A DNA stretch of 64,000 nucleotides from an uncultured virus (IMG/VR IMGVR_UViG_3300037427_003924) (taxonomy: Duplodnaviria > Heunggongvirae > Uroviricota > Caudoviricetes). Both the position numbers and the translations under genes were made by a program. The notes below the pieces were generated by a model. It was not told where the DNA came from, searched no databases, and worked only from the letters and a program-made list of their open reading frames with translations. Shown here one piece after another: positions 47,101 to 56,557 of this stretch; positions within the stretch are counted from its first letter, which is position 1; every line of letters begins with the position of its first letter. The DNA lies in the IMG/VR virus record IMGVR_UViG_3300037427_003924. One strand, written 5' to 3'.

Positions 47101-50100
47101 TTCCTCCATCATACCCTCGCCAGCAAGGTGCTTTAGCACCGGAACGTCGAAATCTTTTGCTACACGAAACGGCAGGTGAAGCGCTTCTAGTAGCGGCCAC
47201 CCCGTTCCGGGCGCCAACATTTCCAGCCCTCTTCCGGTATTGCCTTGAGCAAATTCTTGCTGTATCGGGGCCGGGAGATACTGCTGAAACCCTCCTGCGT
47301 TGGCTGCCTCTTTTTCGGTTATAGAGGCAAGTTTTGAACCCATAACCTCAAACTTCTTAGATCTTAAACCTTTTTGATATTCTCTGTTAGCGTCTGTTTG
47401 TATTTGTTCAAGCTCCTGATATGAAGTGAAGCCTCCCCCTCCCGTTATCCTATCCAACATACCTTGAACATTTTTTTGCGCGGTAGGGGAGCCTTCTAAT
47501 TTAGAGATCAAACCTCTTATATTACTAGTGACTTCGCGTCCTTTAGCTAGTCTTTTTTCAGGAGTAGTTTCTACCCTTAATTGCGCCAAGTTAGATCCAA
47601 GGTTCGCTATAGCCTCCGAAACCTGCGATCCTTTCTTTTCCATCTCGGCTAATTCAGCAGATAAAACCTCAAAAGATCGAGTAGCTGCATAAGTATGCTG
47701 GGTCACTAAATCCATCCCTAAACTGGCGGCCCCAAGGGCTCCTCCGGCAGCTGCTCCCCACGGACCACCCATCATCATTCCCATTCCGGCAAAACCCGCT
47801 ATACCACCGCCACCCCGAGTAAGTGTCTGCTCTATACTCCCCTCTTCCATTTTTGAGGCTGCAGCCCCGGCGGCCATCTGTACCAGCATGCCACCCATTG
47901 CAGCACCCATTCTTCGGGTTTGCGAAGTGGCCGCTTTACTAGCTTTGGCTGAATCTTTGGCAGCTTTGCCTGCATCTTTCAATCCTTTATCAAGGTCTTT
48001 GTAACGGTCTACATCAACGCTCCCTGTGTGTGGCCTACCCGCGCCGGTAGTTTCATCAAAAAAGTTTGGAACTCCATGAGATTTAGGATTAATACCGCGA
48101 GACCGTGCTCTCGAAATACCTTGACCTAATCCTGCGGGTTCATGTATAGTATTATATACTCCCAATCCTCCCGGGTTACCCCCCGAAACCAAAGAATTAC
48201 TGCTACCTACCCTTATAGCTGAAGAAGGAACTCCGGCTGAGAGTTCTCTACCTATTGCATTAGTTAGTGGAGAGACAGCAAAGTTGGGGATATGGCCCAA
48301 AGCCTTGTTCATACCTCGAGTAGGAGCTTTCCCAGTAGTGTTCAAAACCCCTACTGTTCCTCCAGCTGTGGCTTCATACTTCGTTGCTATGGCTTTTACT
48401 ATATTATTTATATTTGGCCCTACGTTCATTCCGGCTGCGAGAGCATCGTTAACAACTTTCTTAGGTATGTTTCCGCTCATCGCCGCCTCTGTTCCAATTT
48501 TAGCTTCGATTTTGCTTCTTGTAGGCTTTAACCTTCCCCCTTTTTTATTAATGAAAGCTATTAAGTCTTTATTGGCATAGTTAGGCCCGTTGTAATCAAA
48601 AGCCGCTGATCTATCAGCTAAAGATTGTTCGTCTACGGCCGCCCTCATCCCTTCTTCAAATATGTCCCCTTCGGTTCCTTTACTCAAGGCTTTCATGTTG
48701 AATTTACGAGCCTTAGAATTCGGAAAAAGTTGACGAGATAAATCTTTTGCGTATTTAGTGAAAGACCTTTGGAGTGAGGGAAATTCGCCAACAGTATTCG
48801 AGAAAGTATCTGTACCTTGGCTAAACGGGAATATAGGAACCGCTGGAAGTGGAGACATCCTTAACATTAGACTCTGAAGAATCTTCCCATCTTTTCCATC
48901 AAACATCTTTCTAGGCAACATCTTCTGAAGAGCTGGGATACCTTTCGGCCCGAGGGCTTGCTGGCTGAACATTATAGGGGTAGTAGCGGTGCCTTCTTCT
49001 GTGATAATCCCTATATCTTTCATTTTAGAGATATCAACAGCAACATCTAAATTAACGGGAGCTGGTTTACCTTGTTTTCTGGCCAACTCCGCTTGTATAC
49101 CTAAAGTTCTTGCGCCTTTATTCCTATTAAGGGTGCTAGCGATAGCTGACCCTGCCGCGAAGTTGGGGACAAACCCTTCAGCTGCATAAGGATTAAATCC
49201 GTGAGCCGCACTAAAAGCGGATTTGTAATTGGCCCCTGCGAGGCTACGCCTAGGAGGCATTATGGCTGACTGAGACATACCGGGGAACCGTTTAACGGTT
49301 TCCGCCGAATTATACATAACCCTACTACCTCCCGGTTGGGTCATAGTCCTAATAGCTCCCGCTTTATATCCTCCTGCGGCCGCTCCTGCTCTTTCTGCTC
49401 CCGCACTGGCGAAGTTAGGTATAAAACCCGCCGACCCCATATAGAGGCCTCCGCTACGACCAATTCTTGCACCTTTAGCGGCAACACTTGCAGCGATGGG
49501 AGCAGCTATAGTTGTCATAGCGGCCCGTGCTAAAGTCTGAGCTTGAAGGGTTTTTAGTATTTGCTGCTCTAGACTTAAAATGCTAGTGTCTTTCCTTAAG
49601 ACCGATTGGAGGAGTAGTGGTTCTTTAGCTAAAGTCTCCACGATAGCCGTCTGAATACCCTGCCTCTGTTGAGAGGCTTTATTGATATTCATTATATCCG
49701 CAAAAGCTTTTCCCGTGAATTTTGTTAAATTGTAGAAAAGTTTACTAACAGTAGCGGTTATAACAACAAGGCCGGGACCAGCGATGAAGTCTCCCAACCC
49801 CTGCATTATCCCCTTGCCCCAATTCTTGCCGAAATCTGCCAAAGCCCCTCCCTCTCCGAAACTCTCTAAAACTCCATTTACAACCCCCAAGGTCCTCCTG
49901 ATGGCTGGCTCAATTGTAGCCCCTCCTAAACCTGCTCCGGCTTGAGTCAGGTTCGACATAGTCCGGTTCACTAAGGCGTCTAAACTTTGATTTAACTGTT
50001 CGTTTCTTCTATAGGCTTCGTCAGTGGCACTACTGGCCGTTCTTAACGCCCTTCCATAGTTGGAGGTAGTTGACGATAAGTCGGCCATTGCAGCTTTAAG

Positions 50101-51093
50101 TATATTAACTTGAAAAACTCCAGCTACCTGCTCCGCAGTTTGAGCTTGGGTCGCTTTAGATAACGTACTAAAACCACCTGCTAAATTCTGCAAGACTTGT
50201 ATCCCACTCAGCGCCTCCCCATTAAAATCGGTAACAGCAATACCTAAATTTCTTAAATTCTGTAAAACGTCTTTACGCTGCAACCTTGTAAAAATAGTTT
50301 TGAAGGCGTTACCAATAACAGCTCCGCCTCGAGCAGTTCTTTGTTGCACGGCGGTAGTTATAGCTAACAACTCGTCCATACTGACCCCCGCAGAAACTGC
50401 AGAAGCGCCTACACGAGATATAGATTTAGCCAAGTCATCGGAACTAACAGCAAAAGCTGCATCAACTTTTGCCATTTTGTTGATTACTTGAGCAGAAGTC
50501 ACCCCTTCTTTATTGAAAGAGTTAACGGCGGCAGTGAGAGATTTAACGGCTTCTGCCGCATCCATGCCGGTTAATCGAGTAAGAATCAATGCGTCTTTTG
50601 TACGCATTAATGTTTTTTCCATCCCTAAACCTTGACGGGCTAACTCTGTAGCGGCTTCCGCCACCGTATCAAACCCTTGAGCAGTTTGTTTACCCACTTG
50701 AAACATCCCTTGCCCAAATTTTTTGAGGCTCTTCTGGGAGGCGTTCATCACCACGTTGACATCAAGGAGGGCTTTTTCTACCTTGAGAGTGCTAGAGACC
50801 ATACCTTTAAAGGCGCGGTCAATTTGCATGATGATTCCGGCTGAAGCGCCGAAAGCTACAACACGTGCGTTAGAGGCTTCGAGGGACTTGGTAAACTCAT
50901 CGGCTTTAACCGTAGCCTTAGAGAGGCCGGAGCCTAATGCACGGACTTTCTCCCCTCCTGTGCCTCCAAACCCTTTGAGAGCTTTACCGCTAGCGACCCC
51001 AAGCCTCTCCATTTCCTTTCGGATACGGGCTAAATCTCTGTCTGCATCTCGGGTATTGAGTAAGAAATCAATTGTTACGCTATCTTTTGCCAT
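44158..51093 (-). CDS. Tail tape measure protein (TP901-type core), 2311 aa
   Basis: ELARQG, DLAKSISRVG-x-x-A-x-x-AGVS, GNAFKTIFTRL; C-terminal DDVPAM-x-x-GGEFVI; A/G-rich helical. Confidence 0.92.
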   Translation of the reverse strand: MAKDSVTIDFLLNTRDADRDLARIRKEMERLGVASGKALKGFGGTGGEKVRALGSGLSKATVKADEFTKSLEASNARVVAFGASAGIIMQIDRAFKGMVSSTLKVEKALLDVNVVMNASQKSLKKFGQGMFQVGKQTAQGFDTVAEAATELARQGLGMEKTLMRTKDALILTRLTGMDAAEAVKSLTAAVNSFNKEGVTSAQVINKMAKVDAAFAVSSDDLAKSISRVGASAVSAGVSMDELLAITTAVQQRTARGGAVIGNAFKTIFTRLQRKDVLQNLRNLGIAVTDFNGEALSGIQVLQNLAGGFSTLSKATQAQTAEQVAGVFQVNILKAAMADLSSTTSNYGRALRTASSATDEAYRRNEQLNQSLDALVNRTMSNLTQAGAGLGGATIEPAIRRTLGVVNGVLESFGEGGALADFGKNWGKGIMQGLGDFIAGPGLVVITATVSKLFYNLTKFTGKAFADIMNINKASQQRQGIQTAIVETLAKEPLLLQSVLRKDTSILSLEQQILKTLQAQTLARAAMTTIAAPIAASVAAKGARIGRSGGLYMGSAGFIPNFASAGAERAGAAAGGYKAGAIRTMTQPGGSRVMYNSAETVKRFPGMSQSAIMPPRRSLAGANYKSAFSAAHGFNPYAAEGFVPNFAAGSAIASTLNRNKGARTLGIQAELARKQGKPAPVNLDVAVDISKMKDIGIITEEGTATTPIMFSQQALGPKGIPALQKMLPRKMFDGKDGKILQSLMLRMSPLPAVPIFPFSQGTDTFSNTVGEFPSLQRSFTKYAKDLSRQLFPNSKARKFNMKALSKGTEGDIFEEGMRAAVDEQSLADRSAAFDYNGPNYANKDLIAFINKKGGRLKPTRSKIEAKIGTEAAMSGNIPKKVVNDALAAGMNVGPNINNIVKAIATKYEATAGGTVGVLNTTGKAPTRGMNKALGHIPNFAVSPLTNAIGRELSAGVPSSAIRVGSSNSLVSGGNPGGLGVYNTIHEPAGLGQGISRARSRGINPKSHGVPNFFDETTGAGRPHTGSVDVDRYKDLDKGLKDAGKAAKDSAKASKAATSQTRRMGAAMGGMLVQMAAGAAASKMEEGSIEQTLTRGGGGIAGFAGMGMMMGGPWGAAAGGALGAASLGMDLVTQHTYAATRSFEVLSAELAEMEKKGSQVSEAIANLGSNLAQLRVETTPEKRLAKGREVTSNIRGLISKLEGSPTAQKNVQGMLDRITGGGGFTSYQELEQIQTDANREYQKGLRSKKFEVMGSKLASITEKEAANAGGFQQYLPAPIQQEFAQGNTGRGLEMLAPGTGWPLLEALHLPFRVAKDFDVPVLKHLAGEGMMEEFQREIGSARKARAARATPDFYSKFMGTKALDQKGDIGTVLRNNPEALSIIQGLTAQTSRLGPSGGRNYDIFRSSPLMAAGGGFEKRMDKAMDVAGIASDARTAFKKTVNTPEARIAFINMLSGRGIPGAGSGWISTDVKGRKAKPFASQFSPQSIKQDIGLAESASKLAPEEQKAAARIGARETRSFVEGLRQASVASKNRVKETQLEIKQSTELRKVQNNYDMALAKATKDTFGVADAKLAQSLNEAAKNFENASRVARETFDSQMASDVAGFAKEFETFASKFDKGTWGRTGTAFDPKTGRALPKGAFGLPFGGGVDVPNIDIARSTFQSLGRGGTDALQERILAVQEKERKKGTLTIEEQIVKEFGPKVLDKLLTRSEELDQKMKELGIQNSNAKTLAEKQNAIDKKMLEISRQFNKDKANELAITKQIVDQKKLVYYEDLRAAGKMSAADVLSQQDITQRNRMRTEGINQSDIGGAFGRGFRGGMTYDDYALFDDLKSGGADAAASMKSSFADAFKSITSGATDARSAIAQFADSILNTISDITARIGTNMLFSQMGFSRGGSVPGYNRGGIVTGGSGYKDDVPAMMNGGEFVIKKSAAQKIGYSALNAINGGAPGYSMGGMFAVSAGASAVSGLINQSNQKQASPWRGQDYGHGRGAYGYYGGPDVNATGASFAGGSSQSAAISLSKGFNFYRRDPATGRLVSERSRPTEGAYDVSSGLSLAGRLGADDPQTARMFSREEAMGGYQDYLTDETRRRKEVVRAHEAKKRGRLISAYANAAMLIGGSYMMGKTGPLTSELTGASVSGGGRKNFNALSASQRGGMSARDYLDAGVGINDSGLPDMAQGGSAKRSPAMLMGGEYVMSPDTVRTHGLGFMNELNRGNVPGYANGGYVGSAGTVGAGINNNVSINVNVDKRGNASVDASQDSSNASSEGSVKEAEKNKQLGAALQTVVVQEIIKQQRPGGLLQNTTKFGSV

Positions 51094-51099
51094 ATTCCT

Positions 51100-51120
51100 A
51101 GTGTATTATTACACTATTTT
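51100..51120 (-). promoter_or_regulatory. AAATAGTGTAAT late-promoter element within a palindrome
   Basis: TTACAC at 51109-51114, inside the inverted repeat agtgta-ttat-tacact, upstream of the tape measure ATG. Confidence 0.6.
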
Positions 51121-51124
51121 TGGC

Positions 51125-52120
51125 TTACGTTCCGTGAATTTTCATCATATCATCCATACTAAGCCTTCCTCCCTTTTCTGCGGCTTTCTTAGCGAGACTT
51201 ATAGTTTCCCCCGGATTATCTAAACCTAAACGTTTAAGATCGTCTTTTGTTGCTCCAACAAGCGATGTAGCTCCGTGCTCTCCCGCTTTAGCTTCAGATT
51301 TTTCAAGAGTTTCAGCGGCGCTTTTTGTCGACTCAAACCACTCTACAAGCTTTTCTGGGTGTTCGGCGATATGATCTGGCGGCTTCTTCTCTGAATTCTG
51401 GATCATGCTCTTGTAATAACGCCCATAACCGAATAATTCAAGCTGGTAAAAACTCAAATTGACTAAAGGTTTCCCAAAAAATACATGAGCATTGTCTTCG
51501 CATAAATAAAAGATGTTAGTAAAGAACGCGGAGACGGAAATCCTCTTTAAAAGAGGGGATTTAAATTTTTCTACCGACTTATTATATAACCCGATTAAAC
51601 TTACAAGTTTTTGTTCCTCTAAATCCTCATATTCCTCAGCCGTAAACAAGCTCTCCCCTCCTTCAGTTTTCAAGGCATTGTAAATGTAATGTTCATTGAT
51701 CCTACGTGAAGCATAGGCTTCGGCAGTAAATCCTATTAACTCTTCTTTCTCGTGCTCTAGTTCTATTAGCTTGGTTCGTTGAATTTTAAGCTCCTCATTA
51801 GCTTGATTTACGTGGGCCTGAAGAAAAACTTTCTTTTTTGTATTTTCCAATCCTGCTATGTGTGATTTAGTATTTAAAACCTCTTTATTTTTTTCTTCGG
51901 TCCAAATTTCCTGTTCCAGAAGGTCGTCGATTCGTTGTTTTCTGGAGGGGAGACCTTCGTCAATAGCTTTTTTATAGAAGGCGCGATTTTTAATATCTAA
52001 TTCAGCAGAATCAAAATTAGTAAAATGTTTAATCCTAACTGTTTTATAATATTCAGACTGAACTAGGGAAAAACCCCTAAGTATTTCGGAAAAAGTAACC
52101 TTTAAGTCTATAGGGTCCAT
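51125..52120 (-). CDS. Hypothetical protein, possible tail assembly chaperone
   Basis: Helical and charged; lies immediately upstream of the tape measure. Confidence 0.45.
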   Translation of the reverse strand: MDPIDLKVTFSEILRGFSLVQSEYYKTVRIKHFTNFDSAELDIKNRAFYKKAIDEGLPSRKQRIDDLLEQEIWTEEKNKEVLNTKSHIAGLENTKKKVFLQAHVNQANEELKIQRTKLIELEHEKEELIGFTAEAYASRRINEHYIYNALKTEGGESLFTAEEYEDLEEQKLVSLIGLYNKSVEKFKSPLLKRISVSAFFTNIFYLCEDNAHVFFGKPLVNLSFYQLELFGYGRYYKSMIQNSEKKPPDHIAEHPEKLVEWFESTKSAAETLEKSEAKAGEHGATSLVGATKDDLKRLGLDNPGETISLAKKAAEKGGRLSMDDMMKIHGT

Positions 52121-52896
52121 CACCCATCTGTCTTTTCTTCCTCTTCGGCTTCTTCATCTAACTTAAGGGCTAGATCTACCATTTCTTGGAATTCTTTTTG
52201 AGTATTAGGCCTTCCCACGAACCAAAAGCTGACATAATAGGCGAACTTACGAGCTACGACAATCTCAAAGATATCGTCTCCCTCGTCTATGTCGTCATAG
52301 GTCTTTAATTTACTCTCAAGGTCGCCAGAACCAAAAAATTCTACGTCTTTTCCGTCTTGTTCTGAGTGAGCCAAGTGAAGCATCCACCACAATATAACCT
52401 TGTTGCGAGCACGACTTTCCGCGGTTTCTTCATAAAGGCTGTCTTCCTCTAATTGGAGATCTCGCAGTTCCTTACGCGCAGGACGGACCTCTTTTTCGAG
52501 CTCTTTAAGCCTTTTCTTTTGGGAAGTGGTTCTTTTTTTCTCGGTGATGTCTAGGATTTTAGACTGCTCTTCATAGAAGTTTTTAAGCCTATCTGTAATA
52601 GCTTTATATTTCTTAGTATCTTGTTCGCTCCGGGTTCCCCCGTCGTTTTCAAAGCGTTTTTCAAGCAATGCTCGCGTTAAGAGCCCAGCTTTAATTCCTT
52701 CAGCTAGTTTTACTCCATAATATAACTCGGCCTCATCAGTCATAGCGCGAGTAGGTCGTCTTAAAAAGAATTTATGAGGGACCTCTTTTACTACATCTTT
52801 AGAAGTGGTTACTTCGCTACCGTCTTTTTTCTTTTCAACGGACTTTTCTTGAACGGTCTCTTCCTTATTTACGGTGAACTCGTATATGCGCTTCAT
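52120..52896 (-). CDS. Hypothetical coiled-coil protein, possible tail assembly chaperone
   Basis: Between tube and tape measure; L-x-x-PTR motif; TAES-x-A resembles TAEAYA in the next gene. Confidence 0.45.
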   Translation of the reverse strand: MKRIYEFTVNKEETVQEKSVEKKKDGSEVTTSKDVVKEVPHKFFLRRPTRAMTDEAELYYGVKLAEGIKAGLLTRALLEKRFENDGGTRSEQDTKKYKAITDRLKNFYEEQSKILDITEKKRTTSQKKRLKELEKEVRPARKELRDLQLEEDSLYEETAESRARNKVILWWMLHLAHSEQDGKDVEFFGSGDLESKLKTYDDIDEGDDIFEIVVARKFAYYVSFWFVGRPNTQKEFQEMVDLALKLDEEAEEEEKTDG

Positions 52897-53147
52897 TTTG
52901 GTTTATTATTGTTGTATTCGACGAATTTTTCAAAATATTCCTCCAAATCGCGAATTGTATCATTTCCTAAATCTAGGATTCTTTTACGGATTCTTTGGTG
53001 GGTTTCTTCGGGAATTTTGAGTCCATCGACCTGAAGATCTTCGAGGATAAAAAAGAATTGTTTATAGAGATTTGTTATTTTCCGCTTTGTTTGAAAAGCA
53101 AAAAAATTATTGATTATGTCCCTATCCTTTCCTTCTTCCTTAGACAT
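52893..53147 (-). CDS. Hypothetical protein
   Basis: 84-aa helical ORF with AAGG-type RBS. Confidence 0.6.
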   Translation of the reverse strand: MSKEEGKDRDIINNFFAFQTKRKITNLYKQFFFILEDLQVDGLKIPEETHQRIRKRILDLGNDTIRDLEEYFEKFVEYNNNKPK

Positions 53148-53173
53148 GCCTTCTACCTTATATCCTACTATAA

Positions 53174-53185
53174 ATTACACTATTT
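53174..53185 (-). promoter_or_regulatory. AAATAGTGTAAT late-promoter element
   Basis: Immediately downstream of the tail-tube terminator, upstream of ATG 53147. Confidence 0.6.
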
Positions 53186-53189
53186 GAAC

Positions 53190-53218
53190 AAAAAAAATCC
53201 CCCAAAAGGGGGATTTTT
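53190..53218 (-). terminator. Rho-independent terminator after the major tail gene
   Basis: aaaaatccccc-aaaa-gggggattttt hairpin with T run on the minus strand. Confidence 0.85.
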
Positions 53219-53238
53219 GCAAAATATAAAACGGGACA

Positions 53239-54588
53239 TTAGAACCCTCTATTTGTAGTGATATTATTAAATCCACTCATAAAAATACCAACATCAGTCT
53301 GCTCAGGTCCACCAATCTGGTTACTGAAATCAAGAGTTACTGATTTGTTATCACCGATAGAAGACGTAAACGATTCACTGTCAAGTTTCAGCTTACGCAT
53401 TAAGATAGCCGCTACAACCGGTTTGTCGGCGGGAACATTGCAATTTCCTGCAGTCTTCATCTTGATTACAGCATCGTAAGATTCGTCACAATTAATATAG
53501 TCCGCTATACTGCCACTCGTCAAATCTGCCAACACGGCATCGACGCTTAAACTTGAAGTAATTGGGAAGTCAACCACACGAGCGAAAGCGAATCGTGAGC
53601 CAAGTCTTTCAATTGGTGTACGACTAAGATCGAAACTTACGTTATAGCTCTGGATATGAGCATCAGCAATGTCTGCACCATTAATAAGGTCTTCCGAGGT
53701 AGCACCTCCGTTCATCAAGGCTTCGTCAATATTAGCTGACGCATCGTGAGCATAGAGACTTAGAGTAATGTCACCCGGACGAAGAGAGCTAATGTCAGAG
53801 CCAGCATCCATCGTAGCGTTTCCGCTATAAACCGGTAGAGCGACGTTCTCACTTACCTTCGTTCCATCGGTAGCGTTAACCGCTGGGCTTATTCCTGAGA
53901 TATATTGAAGCTGCTCATGCACCCCATTTACAGTCCCGGTCCGGAAACCCGGATTTAGCGGAGACGCCCCAACTTGATTAACATTGTCACCACTTTTAAT
54001 AGGAAGGTTTACAAAATTCATGTTTTGGCCTTCCACAGAAACACTTGCGGTTGGCAGGCCTCCTACAGAAGCTTCTGTGCTGTAAGAAGTAATAAACCCA
54101 TTACCAATACCAATAATACTCTCGTAATTACCAGTCACCATAAGATCGGCTGCATCTGCGCCTTCTTTAGTAGTTAGGACAAAGTAATCTTTTTGGTTTG
54201 CCGTAGTGGCTGAGTTAATAATACCTGAAATACAAGAGGTCATTTCCGGACCTATATTTGGCTCAGCGCCCGCCGTTCCTTGTGTAGCGCTCCCTGACAT
54301 AGGAACTCCACTTGGGGTTATCTCAAATCCAAGGGCCTCCTCGTTACCAAAACCATTCACATAATAGCTCGTATCAAAACTGACAGTAGGAGTATCGATA
54401 ATGATACGGTCAATAGCAGCTAGCTCACCGAACTGGTTAACGTCCTGACGAGCAACGCTAAAACTATAGTTTGCGCTTTGAACACGTTGTAGAGCGACTA
54501 CGTCTCCGGACTGGGTAAGGTCGCTGTCGTATGCAGCTTGACTGGCGTATACAGCCTGACTTTGGTAAATTACTCGATTTCTTGCCAT
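53239..54588 (-). CDS. Probable major tail tube protein
   Basis: MARNRVIYQS, RVQSANYSF-x-x-x-RQDVNQFG, IQSYNVSFDLSRTPIERLG; position before chaperones and tape measure; own terminator. Confidence 0.72.
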   Translation of the reverse strand: MARNRVIYQSQAVYASQAAYDSDLTQSGDVVALQRVQSANYSFSVARQDVNQFGELAAIDRIIIDTPTVSFDTSYYVNGFGNEEALGFEITPSGVPMSGSATQGTAGAEPNIGPEMTSCISGIINSATTANQKDYFVLTTKEGADAADLMVTGNYESIIGIGNGFITSYSTEASVGGLPTASVSVEGQNMNFVNLPIKSGDNVNQVGASPLNPGFRTGTVNGVHEQLQYISGISPAVNATDGTKVSENVALPVYSGNATMDAGSDISSLRPGDITLSLYAHDASANIDEALMNGGATSEDLINGADIADAHIQSYNVSFDLSRTPIERLGSRFAFARVVDFPITSSLSVDAVLADLTSGSIADYINCDESYDAVIKMKTAGNCNVPADKPVVAAILMRKLKLDSESFTSSIGDNKSVTLDFSNQIGGPEQTDVGIFMSGFNNITTNRGF

Positions 54589-54651
54589 GTTAAAAATTCC
54601 TTATTGTTATTTTAATTTACAGTTAATATGTCTAAAAGTGAAATTATTTTG

Positions 54652-55524
54652 TTATTCTCGGGGTAATCTGACGTTACTAAGCTCAAAATCAATTAAAGTA
54701 GAATAAACATTGGGGTTAAACTTCCTTACTTCATTCTCTAAAACCCTGTCAAAACGGGACACGTTTACCTCTTCGATAAACATTCTATCCGCATAACCTT
54801 TGGTGCCTGCTATTCCTGTATAATTAAATTCATTATTTGTCCTAAAGTAACCAAAAGCATTAAAAGGCATATCAGACTCTTCAAATAAAGCTATTTCAGT
54901 TTTAACCTGATCGCGGAAAAGGCTACCTATAGCATCAATATCAAATTGGCTATCGGCAATCACTATGGCTCGAGCCTTAACCCATGTGGTATCTTGGCCG
55001 CCAAGAGCGAAAGGCTCATTGTAAGTTCCGTTAGCCTTCAGATAAACTACGGGGTAAGTTTTTGTATCTGGCTCTAATCCCGTGGGGACCACACTAGAAA
55101 TTTGATTACGGTTAGTATATTGAGTTTGAAATAATAACTCGTCCTCTGTCCTACTAGTAAGAAAGGTATTGAAATCCTTTATGGCAAAACTTCCTGTGAT
55201 CGGGTCCGTATTATCTCCGGACCAGTAGGTTCTTCCATTATTGTAATCAATGGCATATAAACCAGTGGCTCCGCCTTCTCCCACGTTAACTAAATTGTCA
55301 TTACTCCCAACGTACAATCCTGTGGGGATAGTGGCGCCATCAATGGAGGAATCCGCAACAATTTGAGAGTAAGAACTGGCATAAGTTTCATATCCTGCAA
55401 AATCCTCAGAGACACTATAAAAACGACCAGTAGTATTCTGGTAAGCATCGCCTTTATCTAAGAGTTTGTTATCAAACCATAGAAGCAGGCTGGACATTAC
55501 TTTATTATCAAATTGGGGCTTCAT
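54652..55524 (-). CDS. Putative tail terminator / neck protein
   Basis: Position just upstream of the tube; YP-x-VY and P-x-x-LGG motifs. Confidence 0.45.
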   Translation of the reverse strand: MKPQFDNKVMSSLLLWFDNKLLDKGDAYQNTTGRFYSVSEDFAGYETYASSYSQIVADSSIDGATIPTGLYVGSNDNLVNVGEGGATGLYAIDYNNGRTYWSGDNTDPITGSFAIKDFNTFLTSRTEDELLFQTQYTNRNQISSVVPTGLEPDTKTYPVVYLKANGTYNEPFALGGQDTTWVKARAIVIADSQFDIDAIGSLFRDQVKTEIALFEESDMPFNAFGYFRTNNEFNYTGIAGTKGYADRMFIEEVNVSRFDRVLENEVRKFNPNVYSTLIDFELSNVRLPRE

Positions 55525-56120
55525 TTCAGTCGACGTTTAAATTTCATTAACATTGGGGTAATGTAGGGAGTAGGTGAAAAGTTGACGTAAGTAGAGCTAG
55601 ATTTTCCCCCTTGAATAGCAAACCCAGACCTACTGTCTTCGCTTCTACCGAAAATGGTATTTGTAAAGTTTCCAATTCCTTTTTCTACCCCTTTAACCCA
55701 GCTCTGGCTTGTCCAAGGCAACGGCGTAACCCCATATATTTCGGTCATAGAAGGGTAGCTTATAGGGAAATCCCATTGCAAAATATTCGCAGTTGATTTC
55801 CTTAACCTAGGTTGTTTTTGCACCTGAATAAAATCTTCAAACCCTTGACGAATTATTTCTACCGGTTTGGCAGATTGCCGGAAGCCTAAAAAAGCGAAAA
55901 AGTTTCCATACCCCCCCATAAGAGGACTATTCATTCCAGAAACCCCCTGTTCTATCTCTTTTGTAACAGGGTGACTATTTAATTCTGCAAGAAGTTCTTT
56001 CTTTAATTTATTTACTTTCTTTAACGCAGCTCCGTAAGCTATATTTTGCAGAGTCTTAGAGTTGGCAATTTTTTTCTTTAAAACCTGCTTTACTGTTAAG
56101 TTTTTAGGTTTGAGCTTCAT
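55521..56120 (-). CDS. Putative neck / tail-completion protein (basic)
   Basis: Basic 199-aa ORF in the head-tail junction block. Confidence 0.4.
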   Translation of the reverse strand: MKLKPKNLTVKQVLKKKIANSKTLQNIAYGAALKKVNKLKKELLAELNSHPVTKEIEQGVSGMNSPLMGGYGNFFAFLGFRQSAKPVEIIRQGFEDFIQVQKQPRLRKSTANILQWDFPISYPSMTEIYGVTPLPWTSQSWVKGVEKGIGNFTNTIFGRSEDSRSGFAIQGGKSSSTYVNFSPTPYITPMLMKFKRRLK

Positions 56121-56557
56121 TAAGTGGTAGCCTCCAAGTAATAAACATAATAAGTTTGACCTATAAAAAATCGCGCTCCATCAGAACTAACAACGTTAAA
56201 TAAGCTGCCATTGATTCCTATAGAGTTAGTTTTACCTTTCTCAATGTAATTTTTACAATCTAGTTCAACTTTAATTCTTACGTCGCCCTTTTCTATCATA
56301 ACTTTAAGTTCGTCTTGATACTCTAAGGGTTGATTTTCTTTGTAATTAATTATAGCTGTAAAGTCCTGACTAACAGGGGTATAGGTCACGGTCTCTTTCG
56401 GCGCGCTGTAGCCTGCGTAAATATTTTGATCAGCGGCCAAAGTTATTGTTTTCTTGGGATCTTTATTAACCGTGATCGTAGCCTTAAACGTGTCAAAATG
56501 ATCGGCAAGAGCCGCCTTGAACGTTGTCTGAGCTGATGTTGGTATAAGCGAAGGCAT
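56120..56557 (-). CDS. Putative head-closure (stopper) protein
   Basis: 145 aa, beta-rich, position after the adaptor. Confidence 0.45.
   Translation of the reverse strand: MPSLIPTSAQTTFKAALADHFDTFKATITVNKDPKKTITLAADQNIYAGYSAPKETVTYTPVSQDFTAIINYKENQPLEYQDELKVMIEKGDVRIKVELDCKNYIEKGKTNSIGINGSLFNVVSSDGARFFIGQTYYVYYLEATT

Noticed and set aside
51125..52896. Programmed frameshift joining tail chaperones (gpG/gpGT style)
   Set aside because: No clear XXXYYYZ slippery site near the junction, and the second ORF has its own coupled ATG (TGATG)
30383..54588. Contractile tail, eCIS or T6SS interpretation of the multiple tube genes
   Set aside because: No sheath or baseplate wedge genes seen; the tip genes are lambda-like
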